Assembly: GCA_031395645.1 (NCBI GenBank)
Contig: JANNJM010000014.1
Location: forward strand, 2,594-66,593
Direction: 5' to 3'
Length of the DNA: 64,000 nucleotides
DNA from: Gammaproteobacteria bacterium
GTDB lineage: Bacteria > Pseudomonadota > Gammaproteobacteria > Steroidobacterales > GCA-2729495
Of this stretch, positions 62,701 to 64,000 are shown piece after piece. Position 1 is the stretch's first letter. The number at the start of each line of letters is the position of its first letter. Under the pieces are notes generated by a model, which did not search any database, was not told the origin of the DNA, and was given only the letters and a program-made list of their open reading frames with translations. A program made the translations under genes and the position numbers.

Positions 62701-63131
62701 TGGGGCCATACCTCGACACCAGCGCACTTGCGAAGTGGTATCTCAACGAGCCTTTCTCAGCCCAATTCGAGGCATTCATTCAGGAGCAGCCGACGGCGGC
62801 TATCAGCCGCCTGACTGTCGTTGAGTTCCGCTGTCTCCTCGCCCGGCGCCGGCGGGCGGGCGAGATCACGAAAAGCATCGAATCGCGGGTCTACTCGGCA
62901 TTCGAAAAGGATGTCGGTGCAGGATTCCTGCAGGTATACCCGGTCGCGGACGAGCATCTGATCGCGGCACTGGGTCTGATCACACGACTAGGCCGGTATC
63001 CATTGCGAACCCTGGATGCCTTGCATCTGGCCGTGGCCCAGGGCATTCATTCCCGACGCCTGGCCACCGCAGACAAGACCATGGCTGTGGCGGGGAAGGC
63101 AGCTGGTTTCGGCGTCGTGCGTTTCTTCTAA
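62697..63131 (+). CDS. vapC: VapC (PIN-domain) toxin
   Basis: 144 aa. The start overlaps the antitoxin stop. It has YLDTSALAKWYLNE..., ...RTLDALHLAVA... and LATADKTM. Confidence 0.8.
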   Translation: MMGPYLDTSALAKWYLNEPFSAQFEAFIQEQPTAAISRLTVVEFRCLLARRRRAGEITKSIESRVYSAFEKDVGAGFLQVYPVADEHLIAALGLITRLGRYPLRTLDALHLAVAQGIHSRRLATADKTMAVAGKAAGFGVVRFF

Positions 63132-63149
63132 CCAGTACTTCTCGCCGTC

Positions 63150-64000
63150 GATGACCTCCTTCCCGAACAGTTCCGGACTTGATGGTTTGCGCCAGGCCAT
63201 GGCCTTGCACCGCGCAGGTCGGGCCGCGGAGGCCGATCTGCAGTACTCCGCCGTCCTGCAAATCGAGCCGGCGCAACCCCACGCGCTGCGTCTGCAGGGA
63301 ATTCTGGCGCGGGACCTGGGTGATCTCGACCGTTCACTGAAGCTGCTCCGGAAGGCTTCCCTGGCCGCACCACTTGATCCGGAACCCGCGGCCGAACTCG
63401 GCCTGAGCTACCTCGCTGCCGGCTATCTGCACCTGGCCGAGGCCGCGTTTCGTCAGGCCCTCAGACGGGATCCCCAATCCAGCAAGGCGCTGGCAAATCT
63501 GGGTGCGCTGCTGCAGCACCGGGGGCACGTGCAGGAAGCCATCGAGTGTCACCGGCGAGTGCTTGCACTCGACCCCGGCGACCTGGAGGTCCGCTGCAAT
63601 CTCGCGACGACGCTCGTCGAAGCGGGGCGGGGCGACGAGGCGCTGGCTGAGTGCGATGTCGCGCTGGCCGACGCACCGGCCCGACCCGAATTGCTGGGCA
63701 CGAAGGGCGCGGTGCTCGTTGGCCTCGGGCAATATGCTGCCGCCGTGCCACTGCTCGAGGCCGCACTCGAGGCGGGACCCGACGACATGGCGCTGATCAA
63801 TCTGGGTCTGGCCCACCAGCAGCTTGGCCAGGCGGGCGAGGCGATGGCAGCACTGGACGCTGCGGTGCGCGTCAATCCGGACAACGCGCGGGCCACCGCC
63901 GATCTCATCGCACTGTGCTCTGCTGCCGGGCGCAGCTCGGCAGCGCTTCGCCTGAGTGACGACTTTCTGCAGCGTCATCCGGGCGAGCGACTCGTGCTTG
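63150..64000 (+). CDS. tetratricopeptide-repeat protein, 3' end beyond the window
   Basis: Not in the track because it is open to the window end. From ATG 63150 the translation is MTSFPNSSGLDGLRQAMALHRAGRAAEADLQYSAVLQIEPAQPHALRLQGILA..., with at least 7 TPR units (A..YRRAL..DP...A..NLG pattern). Confidence 0.7.

Overview
High-GC (roughly 65%) proteobacterial chromosomal segment with about 60 apparently intact protein genes, at least 8 gene relics, and no rRNA, tRNA or CRISPR array that I could see. Because of the GC content nearly every real gene has long antisense or out-of-frame shadow ORFs in the track. I called genes from recognisable motifs, start/RBS context and stop-start coupling, and trimmed many track ORFs to internal starts.

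Content from left to right:
- Two tandem toxin-antitoxin (TA) modules: RelE/ParE-like and HicAB.
- A tightly coupled four-gene operon at 962-4757. It encodes a Cys/Met-family PLP enzyme, a cytoplasmic Asp-box beta-propeller, a CysO/MoaD-like GG sulfur carrier, and an E1 with an N-terminal rhodanese domain. This is my best candidate for an undescribed system: a protein-thiocarboxylate-dependent C-S bond-forming pathway with an unexplained propeller component.
- UrcA, a LytS/LytTR two-component pair, and an APC permease.
- A decayed VapC.
- A TVP38/DedA::FAD-disulfide-oxidoreductase fusion sitting behind a complete ocd-arginase-putA-gdh arginine-to-2-oxoglutarate operon, with a divergent Lrp regulator.
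- A cytochrome b plus Mo-oxidoreductase pair.
- Two Tat-signal DUF1838 paralogues bracketing a block that contains a signal-peptide KatG, an outer-membrane beta-barrel and an acyl-CoA ligase.
- A cluster of two flavin-reductase-like paralogues (each with a PCP-reductase-like tail), an alpha/beta hydrolase, an MFS transporter and a luciferase-like oxidoreductase.
- greB, a second APC permease, a TonB-dependent receptor, trmO, gabT and YefM-VapC.
- A CrtU/CruE-like flavoprotein translationally coupled to a Rieske protein.
- A ZrgABCD/PA4063-4066-like putative zinc ABC system.
- From about 49.9 kb onward, a TA-rich, IS-scarred accessory stretch. It holds IS91, IS5 and IS3 transposase fragments, SLC13 and ABC-F gene fragments, a decayed yqjDE-like locus, a TspO-like/SOUL pair and a lower-GC methyltransferase/lactonase block. 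It ends in a partial TPR gene.

In total there are 7 TA loci, 5 of them with PIN toxins. All family assignments are from motif recognition by eye, with no database search run.
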